In this document: positions 1 through 14,524 of the stretch, piece after piece
Position numbering within the stretch: position 1 is the stretch's first letter
Layout of the letters: each line of letters begins with the position of its first letter
DNA from: Eledone cirrhosa
Lineage: Eukaryota
Assembly (NCBI GenBank): GCA_964016885.1
Contig: OZ024748.1
Coordinates: forward strand, 14,384,001 to 14,448,000
DNA: 64,000 nt
Reading direction: 5' to 3'
The notes under the pieces: model-generated
The model's database searches: none
What the model saw: the letters and a program-made list of their open reading frames with translations, nothing else
Told to the model about the DNA's origin: nothing
Translations under genes and position numbers: made by a program

Positions 1-286
1 TGCTGAAAAGGACCCATTCAACTCATGCAAACATAAATGAATGTAAAAATGATTATAATGATGATATTTATACACTTTCACACACACACAAATGTATTAT
101 ATTATTGAGATTATTCACTGTTGCTACTCATAGATCATACAGCTGAAAATCAGTTATGTGATCAGTGGGAAAACACAAAATTCTGAGTATCAACTGAGAG
201 AAATATCCATAATATAATATTTATAATTACAATTTTCTCGGCTTTGGTATTGAGCATTCTTTCCTACTATTTGCGCATAAATAATT

Positions 287-350
<64 letters not shown>

Positions 351-356
<6 letters not shown>

Positions 357-540
357 GGAGGTTATATCCATAGTAAGTAGAGCACTCAGTCCAGAGGACG
401 AGTTCAGTATAGAGTTAGTTCCACAACAAATTAGCAATAAACCATACTCAGGGATGCGTGTTTCAAACAGATTTTCCGCTCAGCAAAGAATGCATCTTCG
501 AGTATGGTTTGCTAATTTGTTGTTCAACTAACTTTCTTTC
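351..540 (-). mobile_element. Penelope-like pLTR remnant with fold-back (IR 413-533), between microsatellites
   Basis: Shares aactcgtcc..tggactgagtgctctac..actatggatat.acct.ccagt with the element at 29210-29265. Confidence 0.55.
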
Positions 541-1545
541 TCGCGCTCTCTCTCTCTCTATATATATATATATAGGTGTGTGTGTATCTATGTATGTATA
601 TATATATATATATGTGTAAATATATGTATGTGTGTGTGTATATATATATACACACACTACATCAGATTTTGAAAAGCTGTATGAGAATCCTGATAGAAAT
701 ATCATTAGTTTAGAACTAGCTACCCCCACATACCTACCCATCACAGTCTTGTCTGGTTGCATAACCCTAACTGCATAGATAAGTTACACATGCAGATTGG
801 GGCATTTGACACTGTTGTATTGTTGCTTATTCTACCATGTGTGTGTGGTGTGTGTTGTGTTTGTCTTGTGTCTGTGTTGTGCTTGTCTTGTGTGTGTGTG
901 TCTTGTGCATGTGTGTGTATGTAATATGTATATGTGTTGTCACTGTGTGTGTATGTGTTGTGTGTGTTGAGTGTGTTTGTATGTGTAAATAATATATATA
1001 TGTGCTGTATGTGTATGTAAATAATATATATGTGTGTTGTATATGTGCGTAAATAATATATATGTGTGTTGTATGTGTGTGTAAATAATATGTATATGTG
1101 TTCTATGTGTTGTGTGGTTGTTGAGTATGTGCTTTGTGTGTGTATGTTGTGTGTGTGTGTGTGTGTGTGTGTTTTGTGTGCATGTCTTGTATGTGTATGA
1201 CTGGCTGATAATGAAACCTTGTTTGGGTTCAGTCAACATGTAATCAAATATACATACTTCATTCTCTCCTCTCTCTCTCTCTCCCTATCTATCTATCTAC
1301 CTATTTATCTAGCCCCTTCTTTCTCTTTCTATCTTCACCCTTCGCCATTGATTCCCCTCCACTCCACCATTCTTTCTATTGATTCAGTTTATCACAATAC
1401 CCAAGTAGGTTTCTCCATACACTGCAGGTTATCAAATCTGATTGAAATTCCTAAGTAGATTATTTAACCCCATAACACCCTAAACCACAGTATGACGTAA
1501 CATGCACCACAGCCATAGAGGAGAGAGGGGGGTAGCAGGAGGGTG

Positions 1546-1604
1546 GGAAGAAGAAGAAGAAGAAGAAGAAGAAGAAGAAGAAGAAGAAGAAGAAGAAGAA
1601 GAAG

Positions 1605-1633
<29 letters not shown>
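1546..1633 (+). repeat. (GAA)n microsatellite, about 29 units
   Basis: Direct reading. Confidence 0.97.
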
Positions 1634-1635
<2 letters not shown>

Positions 1636-2521
1636 TTTAGAGAGGCACAGTGTCTATTCTACTGTAAAATTCTAACATTGCTGATGTTGATATTAAATTT
1701 ATTTGTTAACAATATCCATATATAACAAATACTGCTTACATTGGTTTCAAGTAATTATGATACATATAAAATGTAAAATATATAGGTGGAGGCATGGCTG
1801 TGGGGGCTAAAAAATTTACACTGTAATTAATCATGTAGTTGTGGGTTCCTCTACCACAACATGTTACCTTCAGCAAGTGTCTTTTACTTTAGTCAGGTTC
1901 AACAAAAGCCTTTTATGGCTAATAACCAGATTTCATATTCATCAGGAGTGCCTTTGTGAGTACTTTATCTTTATGGCTAACACCTACTTTAGCAGAGAAA
2001 ATCTCCTTAAAAAGAAAGACAATAGGCTATGCTTTGAGTGAAATTTGGCTGAGAATTTTAGCAGTTCATTTTATAGCTAACAATATGCACAGGTGATAGA
2101 AATCGTATATGTTTGTTATTGTGAACAATAAAAAAAAGTATATATATATACTGTTTAACGTATGTGTGCACTTGGAGTAATGGGTTTGTTTTTTTAATAA
2201 CATAAACCTATTTACATTATTGAGTGAGTAAGGAAACGTCCGAAGCTCTGCCGATTCTCTTTCACTAGCTTCATAAACCTATTTATATTGTTTTAATAAA
2301 TTTTATTTCTAATAAGTAGATAAATAAATATTTTGAGGAGATATCTTATTGAATACTATTGCTATCATTTTCAAATACTGATTTTATAATCAAATACATT
2401 AAAGTCTACACACTGACACACACACACTCTCGCACATGCAGTTATTTTTTTTTTATGTTATTAATAACATTTTCATGTTTATAATTTCCTAAGAGGAGAG
2501 CTATATAATCTTGACGAGACT

Positions 2522-2754
2522 TTAACCCTTTCATTACTTTATGTCTAATGAAATACATTTTATTTCAATTAATTGGTGAAAAATCTTGAAGGATTTACTA
2601 ATTTATTTCATTACTGAGATAGTAACTTAAGATATAGTACTTACATAAAATTATGTTGGAAGATTTTATATTTAAATAAGAGCCCTTTAAAATGGGGGGC
2701 TTTGTTTCATAGAACCAGAGTTGGTTTGGGCCAGATTTTCATAAAAAGGGTTAA
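2522..2754. mobile_element. piggyBac-type MITE (other copies at 7108-7352, 24562-24814, 39993-40225, 46729-46987 and fragments)
   Basis: TTAA-CCCTTT ... AAAGGG-TTAA termini. Confidence 0.75.
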
Positions 2755-2991
2755 ATAGTTATTTGTAGAATCAAGGAAACTTAATACAGAGTTCTAAGGA
2801 AAAGACAGTTCAATCACACACATACATACATTTTGATTATTGGAATTATGAGAAAAATAATGGTATGAACAGTTTGTTCTCATTTTATAAAGTATATATA
2901 ATAAAGAGAACGATTTTAGACATACACAGAATTAAAGAGAAATCCTCCTCTATGCCACTAAATAAAATAGGTATATATATTATATACATAC

Positions 2992-3022
<31 letters not shown>

Positions 3023-3050
3023 AATGTATGTGTGTGTATATATATATATA

Positions 3051-3094
<44 letters not shown>

Positions 3095-3156
3095 TACATA
3101 TATATATATATATATATACACATACATACATATCTATATATATATATACATACACA

Positions 3157-3378
3157 CAGAGTGTGCTAAAACAATGTATACAAACTTCAGGAAAAGAAAA
3201 ACTTGTATAAATATTTAACTTATTTAAATACCTCTATAAATATGAATACCTCTTTCGGGTTGTAGAGGCCAAAGGTAACTTGTATTAATATTGTGCTATC
3301 TGAATAAATTTATTAATAAAATATTTATACAAATTTTTCTTTTCCCAAAGTGTGTATACATTTTGTTGATGGACTCTG
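3157..3378. mobile_element. Tc1/mariner-like MITE with ~60-bp imperfect TIRs
   Basis: aatgtatacaaacttcaggaaaagaaaaacttgtataaatattt / aaatatttatacaaatttttcttttcccaaagtgtgtatacatt. Confidence 0.65.
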
Positions 3379-3861
3379 TGTGTGTGTATGTGTATGATAC
3401 ACACACATAAGTATTGAGGACGTTTGATTAAAAAATAGGTATAAAATATCGAAAAAAAATTCAGGTAAATTTGACTATATATATATATATATATATAAAA
3501 TTTGGCAACAGATGCAAACACTGCAGTAATCAGCTGTCAAAATGGACATACACAGTCTTGACTCCCACTGACAGTACTGCTCTTCCATACAATGTTTAAC
3601 AAAATTGTCAAACAATGATCTGGACAAAAACAAAACAAAACAAAACAAGACTTATATGAAGTTACATGGTAAGGATAGAAACATATAGATTTATATGTAA
3701 AACATTTAATTTGAGCTATATATATATATAAATATATATATATGGGTGTATATATATGTAATTATAGCTTGATTCCTGATGCAGAATGGAAAGTGAATAC
3801 AGGACAATCCTGGTGATTTCATATGAATGAAAACATTCTAGTCCTGAAGAAGTCATTTATA

Positions 3862-3897
<36 letters not shown>

Positions 3898-3955
3898 TGT
3901 TGAACAGCCATCTCAGTCCATTTTTTGTGGTTATCCATAAAATGGTATATGGTAT

Positions 3956-4012
<57 letters not shown>

Positions 4013-4169
4013 ATATATAAATATATATAAATATATATATGGAAAGTTATATTTAAATTGTTGGGTTACAACTAGTAAATATTTATAACTGATATAAAAG
4101 CACTCAACAAGTATTTGGAGTATATTTACGATATTAAATAAATGGAAACTATATTTATAAAACCATATT

Positions 4170-4235
4170 TATTTCATTATATATATTTCAGGGATATCAT
4201 ATTAACAATATGTTATGCCTTCCTCAGACAAAATA
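4170..4235 (-). ncRNA. Minimal type-I hammerhead ribozyme
   Basis: tattttgt-CUGAGGA-agg c ata a catatt gtt aatatg a tat c cct-GAAA-tatata-UA^atgaaata. Confidence 0.75.
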
Positions 4236-4254
4236 CAATATAGACAAAATTATA

Positions 4255-4305
<51 letters not shown>

Positions 4306-4672
4306 GTATGTTATGAGGGTCTGTTTGAGAGACACACTAAAATATAAACTAAAGTAAAGACTGAATATAGAGCCAATGTAGTAAAACTTAATATTAATGG
4401 TGACTGCTTATTTCAAAGTTCATTGCCATTGGTGGCTTATGAAAAATGTTTTGATAAACCATAAATGTGTGTGAAACTTTAAAGTAAACATTCATCATTA
4501 ATAACAATTATAACATGTACATGTAAACATAGAAGGGCCAACAAATACTCACAGGTGAGAGATAGTTCGTCTCTTGTAAATTTACCTGTTGGAGAAGGAA
4601 ACCCAACCATAGAATATTACGTAATATTGCTATGTTATATATATATATATATATATATATACATACACACAT

Positions 4673-4713
<41 letters not shown>

Positions 4714-4746
4714 CATATATATATATACATATATATATATACATAC

Positions 4747-4805
<59 letters not shown>

Positions 4806-4810
4806 CATAC

Positions 4811-4855
<45 letters not shown>

Positions 4856-4874
4856 CATATATATATATACATAC

Positions 4875-4909
<35 letters not shown>

Positions 4910-5068
4910 CATACATATATATACACATATATATATAAGTTCATATATACATATATATATATACATACATATATATATATACGTTCATATATATATATAT
5001 ATATATATATGAAAAAGAAATTGAAAATGCAATTGGAATCTTTAAGGAGGTTTATATACAATAATTTA

Positions 5069-5110
5069 TAACTTTACTGGTTTCACAAGTTCCATGATTT
5101 TCAAAAGTTA
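5069..5110 (-). pseudogene. Decayed hammerhead ribozyme
   Basis: taactt-TTGAAAA(core mutated)-t ca..tg t-GAAA-ccag-UA^aagtta. Stem I is still a perfect 6 bp. Confidence 0.5.
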
Positions 5111-6859
5111 AGAGAAGTGGAAAGATTTGTGGCTATGCTGTCTATACACACACACACACATATATATATACAAAACTATAGTTATACATACACAGATGCA
5201 CATATATGTATATATAAAAATATATATATATTTATATACACACTTATATATATATATATACATACACACACACACACACATGTATATATATATACATATA
5301 TGATATGTTAAAGACACAACTTTCTTCCTTTTGATCCTCTTATTTTATGATTTTTCCTATTTCCTTATTAGTTCTTCGTATTAATTTTGGTTTGGTACAA
5401 TAGCATTCCTACATTCACCTGCATAGTAATGTTTAAAAATTGCCACAGCCTCAACTTCCAATTATGACTGATACTGCCAAAAGTGAGGCTTTGGTTATGG
5501 GCTTTGCATTTGTTACAAAGGACTGAAAATACACACAGAGATTTTAGAACCCTTTGTCCCAAACCAAACATGAAGAAATAACAAGGAAATAAAAAACATT
5601 CTTTATAAAATATAATATCGAACATGAGCGCAATCATATTTTTAGTAAAACACTTGAAAGAATAGCTTTTCCTTATATACACACACATTCCCTTATACAC
5701 ACACAAGACTTTCTGCATTATAGATTTATACTACATATCCATATAAAATATTCTATATTTTATTTCATGCACAATTCCTTTGCATTACACATAAAATTCC
5801 ATATAGAAAGTAATATTGATATATAATATTCTGGCAATGCCCATAACTTTTGCTGGAGTGTTAAGGTGATCAAATCTGGTACTGAGTCACATCACTATGA
5901 ATGAAGCAAAGGAGATAGGTCTGCTCTAGTCAGCACATGATACATATTGTATTGAGTTGAGTAGACCTCAGGGACTGCCCAGTGAGGCATAAACCCTAGC
6001 TATGCTACTGCTGATACTTTATTTTATTGACCATGTAACGATGAAATTTATAGCTGACCATGATTGGGTTTACATTCAGAATGTAAAAAGTCATAAGCAG
6101 TACTGCCTCTGTTTTTCCCCAACCACTAAGCAGAATGCTTGATGCATTGAACAAAAATACTTAAATTCAAATCTACTCAGTGGCAATATTTTAATATGTG
6201 CGATAAAATGGCAGTGACACCAACACAACAGAGAATTGATGTTAGTTATTCACAAATACAAGTCATTTAATCATCCACTAAAGGCAAGGAAATATTTGCA
6301 AAACCTTATGAACTTAATTAACATCTAGAGCAGTCATACAATTTACTATGAATACTAATGGATTACATTGTAAAACAGTTCTATTTCTCTGACTCCAGAT
6401 TTTAGTAAGAACTGGAAATTTTACATCTAAATTCTTTCCCTAGCTTTTTTCTTATGAATCAATTCATTCTAAATATTATTTTATTTTTGAATTGATTATG
6501 AAGAAACTACATGTATATTTAACTTTTTTACTCTCTTTTGCTTGTTTCAATCATATTAAATCGAGGCCATGCTGGAGGACTGTTTTATTATAATTTAAGC
6601 ACGACCTTATCGTTCATATTTTAAATATAGTTTAGATATTTATATACATATTTACTCATCATGCTATATTAGACAATTTCATTCCAGCAAAATAAACAAT
6701 GAGAAACCAACAGCAAAGCAAACAGCAACAGAAATAATAAAAAATACAATGAACAGAGAAAGGCCCGAAACAAAGGTTTTTAAAAGCAGGAAAACCTAGG
6801 GAAGAGATAAAATATTTAGCTTAATGCATAAAATGAACGTTTTTCCATAGGCATGCTTC

Positions 6860-6891
<32 letters not shown>

Positions 6892-7384
6892 TATATATAA
6901 ATAGTATATACATATACTATATATATATATATTAAAAATATATATATAATATATACATATACATATATAATATATATACATGGTGATCAGGTTTGTTGTT
7001 GCTATCTAACAGGGAGATTTCAGCTAAATAAGGTTTCTAAACAAGTGTTTTTCTAAATTTTTATCAGCAAAACGTGAATCTTTATTAAAAAAATATTTCC
7101 CTTCCCTTAACTCTTTCGTTACCATATTTTGAACAAAAAACACTGGCAATGATTTTCAAATAATTTAAAAAATAATCAGAAAGCTGAAAAACTTTAGTAA
7201 AATAACTTTCTCCTTATTAATCTGGTGTTTGCAGCATAACTTATCAGTTCTTATATAAAAATATGATGGAAGATTTTAAATAAATATAAACACTTCAAAA
7301 CAAACTGCTTAGTATTGTAGGACTAGATTCGGTTTTGTATCAAAAGGTTTAACTTTCTAAAAGGCTGTTATTTTTATTACCTCC

Positions 7385-7715
7385 CTTGACATTCTGAGTT
7401 CAAATCCCACCGAGGTTAACTTTGCCTTTCATACTTATGGGATCAATAAAATAAGGTCCCAATAATGTACTGTGGTCAATTCAATCGACTTTTCTTTCAT
7501 CTAAAATTGTTGACCTAAATCAGAAACCATTATTGGCAGTATCGGTAGAGGGTTGGACGCCATGCTTTCTAGCATAGTTACATCTCTTTACAGTCTGAGT
7601 TCAAATCTCGCCGAGGTTAACTTTGCTTTTCATCCTTACGGGGTCAATAAAATAAAGTACCAGTAATACACTGGGTATTTGCTGGCCTTGTGCCTAAAGT
7701 AGAAACAATTATTAT
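7385..7715 (+). mobile_element. Two tandem Deu/Nin-domain-like SINEs
   Basis: ctgagttcaaat..ccgaggttaactttgcctttcatccttacggggtc.ataaaataaagtaccag. Further copies at ~17090-, 20600-, 27870+, 30155-, 34795+, 38695+, 44570-, 46165- and 61770-. Confidence 0.75.
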
Positions 7716-7883
7716 CATTATTAATAACCATTAAGAAATTGAAAATATATCTAGAATATTTTAAATGGCCCATAAGGCAATCATAAAATCTACTTGCCTA
7801 TTGTTTTAGTACTTCGTACAGAATTGGAGAATAATCAAGAATTTGGAGGATTTAGCAAGATTACTAACTTTCTCATTATTTAG

Positions 7884-7935
<52 letters not shown>

Positions 7936-7937
<2 letters not shown>

Positions 7938-8313
7938 AGGCACATGGCTTAGTGGTTAGAGCATTGGACTTGCAATCGAAAGGTTGTGAGTTCAATTCTC
8001 AGACCGGGTGATGTGTTGTTTCCTTGAGCAAGACACTTTATTTCACATTGCTCCAGTTTACTCAGCTGTAAAAATGAGATGATAGGACTGGGGTCGCTAT
8101 CATTCCACTGCAAAGTGGTCGTGGAGGTGCCATGGTAAAAAAGCACCCAGCCCACACTGTAAAGTGGATGTGGAGGTGCCATGGCAAAAAACCATCCAGA
8201 ACTCACTGTAAAAGAGGTTGGTGTTAGGAAGGGCATCCACCTGTAGAAATCAAGCCAGAATCAGTTCCCGTCCCACCCTTGCAAGCAGGGAAAAATCGGA
8301 CGTAAAATGAAAT
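7936..8313 (+). mobile_element. tRNA-derived CORE-type SINE (octopus OR-like)
   Basis: A box tggcttagtgg, B box gagttcaattc, CORE-like tccttgagcaagacacttt, (aaatg)n tail. Relatives at ~1785, 12556, 15760 and 21195. Confidence 0.8.
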
Positions 8314-9107
8314 GATATATATATGAAGTGTTTCCATTGGAAAGGTAAAGGATATATATATATTATTCATATATATATACATATAAACATTTTAAAATAA
8401 ACAGTTTGCATCATAGAACCAGGGACAGTTTCAGGCAATTTGGAATTGGTGCACTATATCCCTGTGTTGTAAGAGGCTAAAGTCAAAGTTGTGCTAAACT
8501 GATGGGTCATCAGGCCAGTGCTTATTCCTGGTTTCCTTGGCATTAAGCAACAGAAATAAAATCTCTCCCTGGTCAGGATCATGGGATTAACTCCTTCACA
8601 GACTCACTATCAACTGTGGCAATATCATGAGTGTCTTGGCTTACTTAAAATATATTATTAACATGTAAATGCCAGCACACCCCACATTATGGTATGTTAT
8701 TGAGTATGCTTTGTCTTCTGATGCTCCCTTTTCTGCCTTTTCTTCTCCTTATTTCTTTCTGCAAATTGTTAATCTTTTGATAATTTATGTGAATTTAATT
8801 TACTTTATAATCATTGTAAGATATTGTAAAATATTAGCTTTTATAATCTCTTTCTTTTGAATATTATAATCTGTGTGTTTCTAGTTGCTTGTTTTTCCCT
8901 TAAAGAAACTAAAATACCATTTCCTTTTTAGTGCTTCTATCATTAAACGTATTATAAAATGCAAGCGTTTATAAATATGAAACAACAACAACAATAATAA
9001 TAATAATAATAATATCATCATCATCATCATAGAATTGCTTCTTTTTATTTCATTTTGATTTTAGAAGTAATTGTGAATGAAATCTACTTCCTACATAATG
9101 TAGTGTG

Positions 9108-9139
<32 letters not shown>

Positions 9140-9604
9140 CATACATATACAACCATATATATTGTTCTGCTGAAAACATAATGGATAGCTTTATCCACTT
9201 AAATCTTAACTGGTTTCTTGAAAGTTAAATGATAATAAAGTAGATTGAAGAGTCAAGGAGGCAATTATTTCTAAATTACATCCTTTCAATTGATAATAAT
9301 CAGAAACATTTTCGAATATATATACATAATTTTGAACTGTTTTACATATTTTTAAACAGTAATTACTTACAAGAGTATATGTTTTAAAAATGTATGTATA
9401 TTTAAAAGGAGATTATGATGAAGCAAAATTTAAATAGAGAAAAATTGGTTCTATTTCATTTGTTTTTATATTTTCCTGGGAAATAAAAGATGAAATAAAA
9501 GAAGATAATCAAACAGTAACAACTTTTATTAATATTATTCTGTCTTCTATTTTTTTAATATCTAAAATTTTCATTCCAATCTTTCATCCAACTTTTTTCA
9601 GATA

Positions 9605-9908
9605 CAGTGGAACCTAGGTTTATGAACATAATTCATTCCTGAAAGCCATTCATCATCCCAAATGTGTGTAAACGAAAACTATTTTTCCCACAAAATGTTG
9701 AAAGAGAAATACAGTGAGAGAGAGACTGTGTGTGAAAGACAGATATATATCATTTTAGCAAGTAACTTTCCCACCGATACTCCAAGCTTGTTGCCAGCTT
9801 GTGTTTTCATTACTCAAGACACGAAACCAAGATGTTTCATGTTCGGAAAAATTATTCATGATCCGATTTGTTCATGATGAGAGACAGTCGTGAACCGAGG
9901 CTCCACCG
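9605..9908. mobile_element. Tigger/pogo-like MITE
   Basis: TA-CAGTGGAACCTAGGTT ... AACCGAGGCTCCACCG-TA. Confidence 0.8.
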
Positions 9909-11836
9909 TATTATATTTCGATGAAGCTATATAATTATTGTAGGAGATCTAACTGATTTATCTATAAACCCTTCACCATAAATCTAATGAAATTCACTCT
10001 AACTATTTCAACTAATCAATGAAGAATTTTGAGGGATGTACTAAAATTATCAATTATTTCATTAATACTTATTTCAATACTATGATTGTAATTTATTATT
10101 TTATTACTACAGTTCTAACTTATTAATTATTTCATTACTACAATACTACAATTGTAACTTATTATTTATTTCATTACTACGATTGTAACTTAACATATTT
10201 TTCTTATATAAAAATGTTTTTAATTTAAATGGGAACCCTAAAAAAATGTGCGTTTTTATTTCATAGAACTAAGACTGGTTATGGCCAGATTGGTGACAAA
10301 AGGGCTCTCTTTGATTGCGAGTGTTATTTTGCTTATTGGCATAGGCTAGGATTACATAATTTTCACATTTGTAAAAAAATAAAAAACTGTTAATGTTAGT
10401 GCTTGGTAAACACTGATCTATGTTGAGGGTGCTGCTGTATTTCATTTCTGAATGTAAGAGTCTCATTAGGCAGTGAAGTAACTTTGTAGGTATTTTGTCC
10501 CCTTCTACAATGATACCAGAACTATTCGGGGGCACCCACTGATGTAGGTGATGAAACTTCTGTACAACAGCAAAATCTTAGGTGAGTCTGATGTTGTGAC
10601 TTTGTCCACCTCAATGTATCAGAACAGCATGAAATTTTATCAGTCTGGTGTTATTATTCTGAGCAAGGTGCCTTCATCTCAATGTGTCATGCATACCATT
10701 CATTTTCTCTTTTGAGCCAGATTTAGTAACTCAAATTTGCTTCATTTAATGTACCCTGTCCCTGTACTTCACAAGTTAAATTAAAACATAACAGTACATC
10801 TTTGTTACACAAGAGCTGTGATATAAAAGATGTACCAGTAATATCTTTGTTACACAAGGCCTGTGTTGTAAAAGATGTGCCAGTAATATCTTTGGTATAC
10901 AAGCAATGGGTGGAATATGATTTTTGGCAATGAATTATTTAATAGTATTTGAAGATTTATATCAAGTTGACTTGTTAACATAGAAAATCAGGCATAAAAT
11001 GATGATGATAATGAGTATGATTATAGTGGTGATGATGGTAGTGGTGGAGGGGATGGTGGTGGTGATGTGTGTGTGATGAAAATGGTGATGGGAATGTTGA
11101 TAAAGAGGACAATGGTGAGGATGAGGGTGGAGGTAGTGTGGATGAGGGTAATTATGTTGATAGTGAGGATGATAATGGTGGTGTTGATGATAATGATAAT
11201 GGTGGTGATGAGGATGATGAAACCCAAGACAATAATTAAGAATTTCTATAAATTTCTAAAAGAAATATATTAAAAAGCAGAGGACCAAATTTTCTTACAT
11301 TATAAAGAGGGGAAGGAAAGGAAAGAAGCCAAATGTTTGATTGGACATACACAGCTATGTTTCCATTCATCGTTCCATTGCTGATACTGTCTCTCAGTCA
11401 AAGCTCCTGGAAGTAGGAGGCAGGATTTGAGCTCAGAACACATATGGTTGGAACAAATACTGCAAAGCATCCCTATTGACTCTTGAATGATTCTAGCAAA
11501 CCACAATGCATGAACTGGCAACCTATTTATTTATCCTAGAGAGATGAAGTGTAAAGTTAATCTAGGTGGGATTTGAACTCAGAAAACAGTGACTTGGACC
11601 TGGTAAAAATAAGGAAGCATTTGATCCAATGCATTAAGGACTTTGCCAATTTATCGCTTCTACATACATATACTATATATGCTATATATGTGTCCAAATA
11701 TGGGTTTATTCTCAAGCAAAGTTTGTTAGTAACACTCCTAATTAAAATATATATCTGTATTTTCAGATAAAATTGTGATTTATGTTTGGATTTTTGATAG
11801 TTGAAAAATAATCACAAAAAAAATGTGAAATTACGT

Positions 11837-11884
11837 TCAATATTGTGATTGAATATTTGTAAAATTTCCTATATTTAAATGTAG
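11837..11884 (-). CDS. Candidate terminal coding exon (LHLNIGNFTNIQSQY*)
   Basis: Phase-0 acceptor atctctgttatag and a minus-strand AATAAA at 11705-11710. No homology support, and alternative acceptors exist (13250, 6795). Confidence 0.25.
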   Translation of the reverse strand, partial: LHLNIGNFTNIQSQY

Positions 11885-11966
11885 CTATAACAGAGATATA
11901 CAGATATGTATAGAAATGCATACAAAATAAATATAATACTATGTATACATATATATTATATATATG

Positions 11967-12010
<44 letters not shown>

Positions 12011-13413
12011 GAGAGCTAGAGAGGGAGAGAGACAGATGGAAAGATAATAGTTGTATTTATGATGTGTATGGCTAATTTTAATATTGGTAACACGTTTTGA
12101 TTTTTATGACTTTGTTCATATTTTATTTTGAGTAAATAGTTAGAAATATTTTGGATAACAGCTTCATTTTATTTAAATTTTTTATTTTATCAAGTATCTG
12201 AATAATGTAGCAAGATCAATAATTGATATTAATTAATTGATTGATGTTGAATAAACTAAATAACAGATCATTTATTTAATGTTTTGCTGTATTGCTGCTG
12301 CTAGATTATCTTCTAATATTTTTGCATCATTATGAATGTTTTGTGATGATATTAGCTACTGTTTAACCCTTTTGCTACTATATTTCTATTGAAATATACT
12401 GCCCATGAATTTTAAATCATTTTGAAGAAAAAGAAATCAAGAATTTGGAGGGATTTAGCCATATAACTTTCTCATTATTTAACTGGTGTTTGGAACATAA
12501 CTTTATTAAGATGAGATAAGGCTAAATATCTGTAAATATGTTCTTCCTTTGTGAAGGTGCATAGCTTAGTGGTTAGAGAGTTGGATTCACAAACATGAGC
12601 TTGCGAGTTCAATTCTCGGACTGGGTGATGGGCTAGACACTTTATTTCATGTTGCTCTTTCTGCTAGGAGTTGCAATCAGTAGATAGTATCACCAATGGA
12701 AAAACCAATGGAAACATTCTCTCCTTGGTTCAATTTGATGTGGTCCACCTCAATCGGCAAGCAAACGAGGTCTGGGATCTTTCCAGTTAATCAGAGAATG
12801 TTCACCCTAAAAATTTAGTTTAACAACCAAATCTCTGAAACTGACCCTGGTTCTATATAGAAAACGATTTATTTGAAAGTGTTTATTTTTATCTACAACC
12901 TTCTATCAGAATTCTATGTAAGAAAGTTTATGTTCCAAACACCAGTGTAATAATGAGAAAGTTAATTATTTTTACTAAATCCCACAACATTCTTTGATTA
13001 TTTTCAAAATTATTTGAAAACCATAGAGTTTCATTTGTTAGAAATATGGGAATGAAAGTAATTTATCATTCTAATATGAACACTTTCTATACTGCTACGA
13101 CTGTAATAATAATAATTGGAATATTTTACAGTTGAAAGTGCAAGACAAACAAGGTAATTAACCTCATTTCATTATTCAAAGCCTTCATTAATTAATACAA
13201 GCTCCCACTACCAGCAGTCTAATTAGCTTGTATATATACAATACATAGATCTGTATATATTCCAAGGAAATAAAATCAAAAGGATTGATATACTCATATA
13301 ATAATTGGATAATTTTTCCCTCAATTTTGTTGTTATCCATTTAATGATATATTTCAAAATGGAATCACCATTATCATTTATCATCATCATCCTTATTATC
13401 AATATTATTATTA

Positions 13414-13456
<43 letters not shown>

Positions 13457-14359
13457 TAAAAATACTGTGTGACAAATCTCTCATATTGAATATTTTGAAT
13501 GTAAATTAGATCAATCAAAGACCTTAATTCCCTAAATGCATATATATATATATATGTATATTTATATATATATATATATATATATGCATATACGCACACA
13601 TATATGTATATATATAGAGAGAGAGAGATGTGCATATGCGTATGTGTGCAGGCACATATATACATATACACATCACATACACTCCAAGGTATAATATAAA
13701 ACTTAATGAAATATATATGATATAATAGTAAGGTAATTAATTAACAGTGGGAGGATTAATATTTACAATATAGAAAAACACTTGTTTAAGTTGATTGCCA
13801 AAGAAAAAAAGTAAAATAAAAGAAATATATTTAAAAATCATTTCTTATGGTAATAAAAATTGTTTCCTGATAATAATAATAATACTAATATTAATTTCTT
13901 ATTAAGCTTACATAATCATATAAAAATTTATAATAATCTAATACATGACCAGCACCTCACTTCAAATAAGTTAATAGTTTATAAATAAAAAATATTTTGC
14001 AAGATTTGAAATAAATCTTGCAAGTTAGATTTACAGAAACAATATTAATTGTGAAGTTTGTTATGAAAGGATGTTTTTTTTTTCCTTCTCAGTGAAATTT
14101 TAACAAGAAAATAAGAATAAAATTATTGTGTGTGAGTAAGTTAGTGTGAATATGTGAGTATAACAATAATATATAGAGTGAAGCGTTAATAGTTTGTAAA
14201 TAGAGTAAATGCAAATGAGAGTGTGCATATATATATATACACGTGTGTATATATATCTATATATATATATCTATATCTATATATATCTATATATATATCT
14301 ATATATATATCTATATATATATCTATATATATATATCTATATATATATATATTTATATA

Positions 14360-14477
<118 letters not shown>

Positions 14478-14524
14478 AATGTGTGTAATAAAAGTGCAAA
14501 TATGATTATTTCTTTTGTACATAC

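Noticed and set aside
1543-1725. Poly-Arg protamine-like ORF
   Set aside because: It is simply a (GAA)n tract.
6679-6795. Strong acceptor followed by a hydrophobic 38-aa frame (VFLLLKTFVSG...)
   Set aside because: The hydrophobicity is explained by U-rich sequence and a second TM is unexpected in THSD7; kept only as an alternative terminal-exon candidate.
7936-8010. tRNA gene
   Set aside because: A/B boxes are present but run into a SINE body with many dispersed copies; no full cloverleaf.
10330-10790. 88-aa ORF as a terminal exon
   Set aside because: The region looks like a decayed LINE RT C-terminus, not host coding sequence.
11000-11225. Met/Val- or Ile/Thr-rich ORFs
   Set aside because: Degenerate (GAT/GGT)n low-complexity tract.
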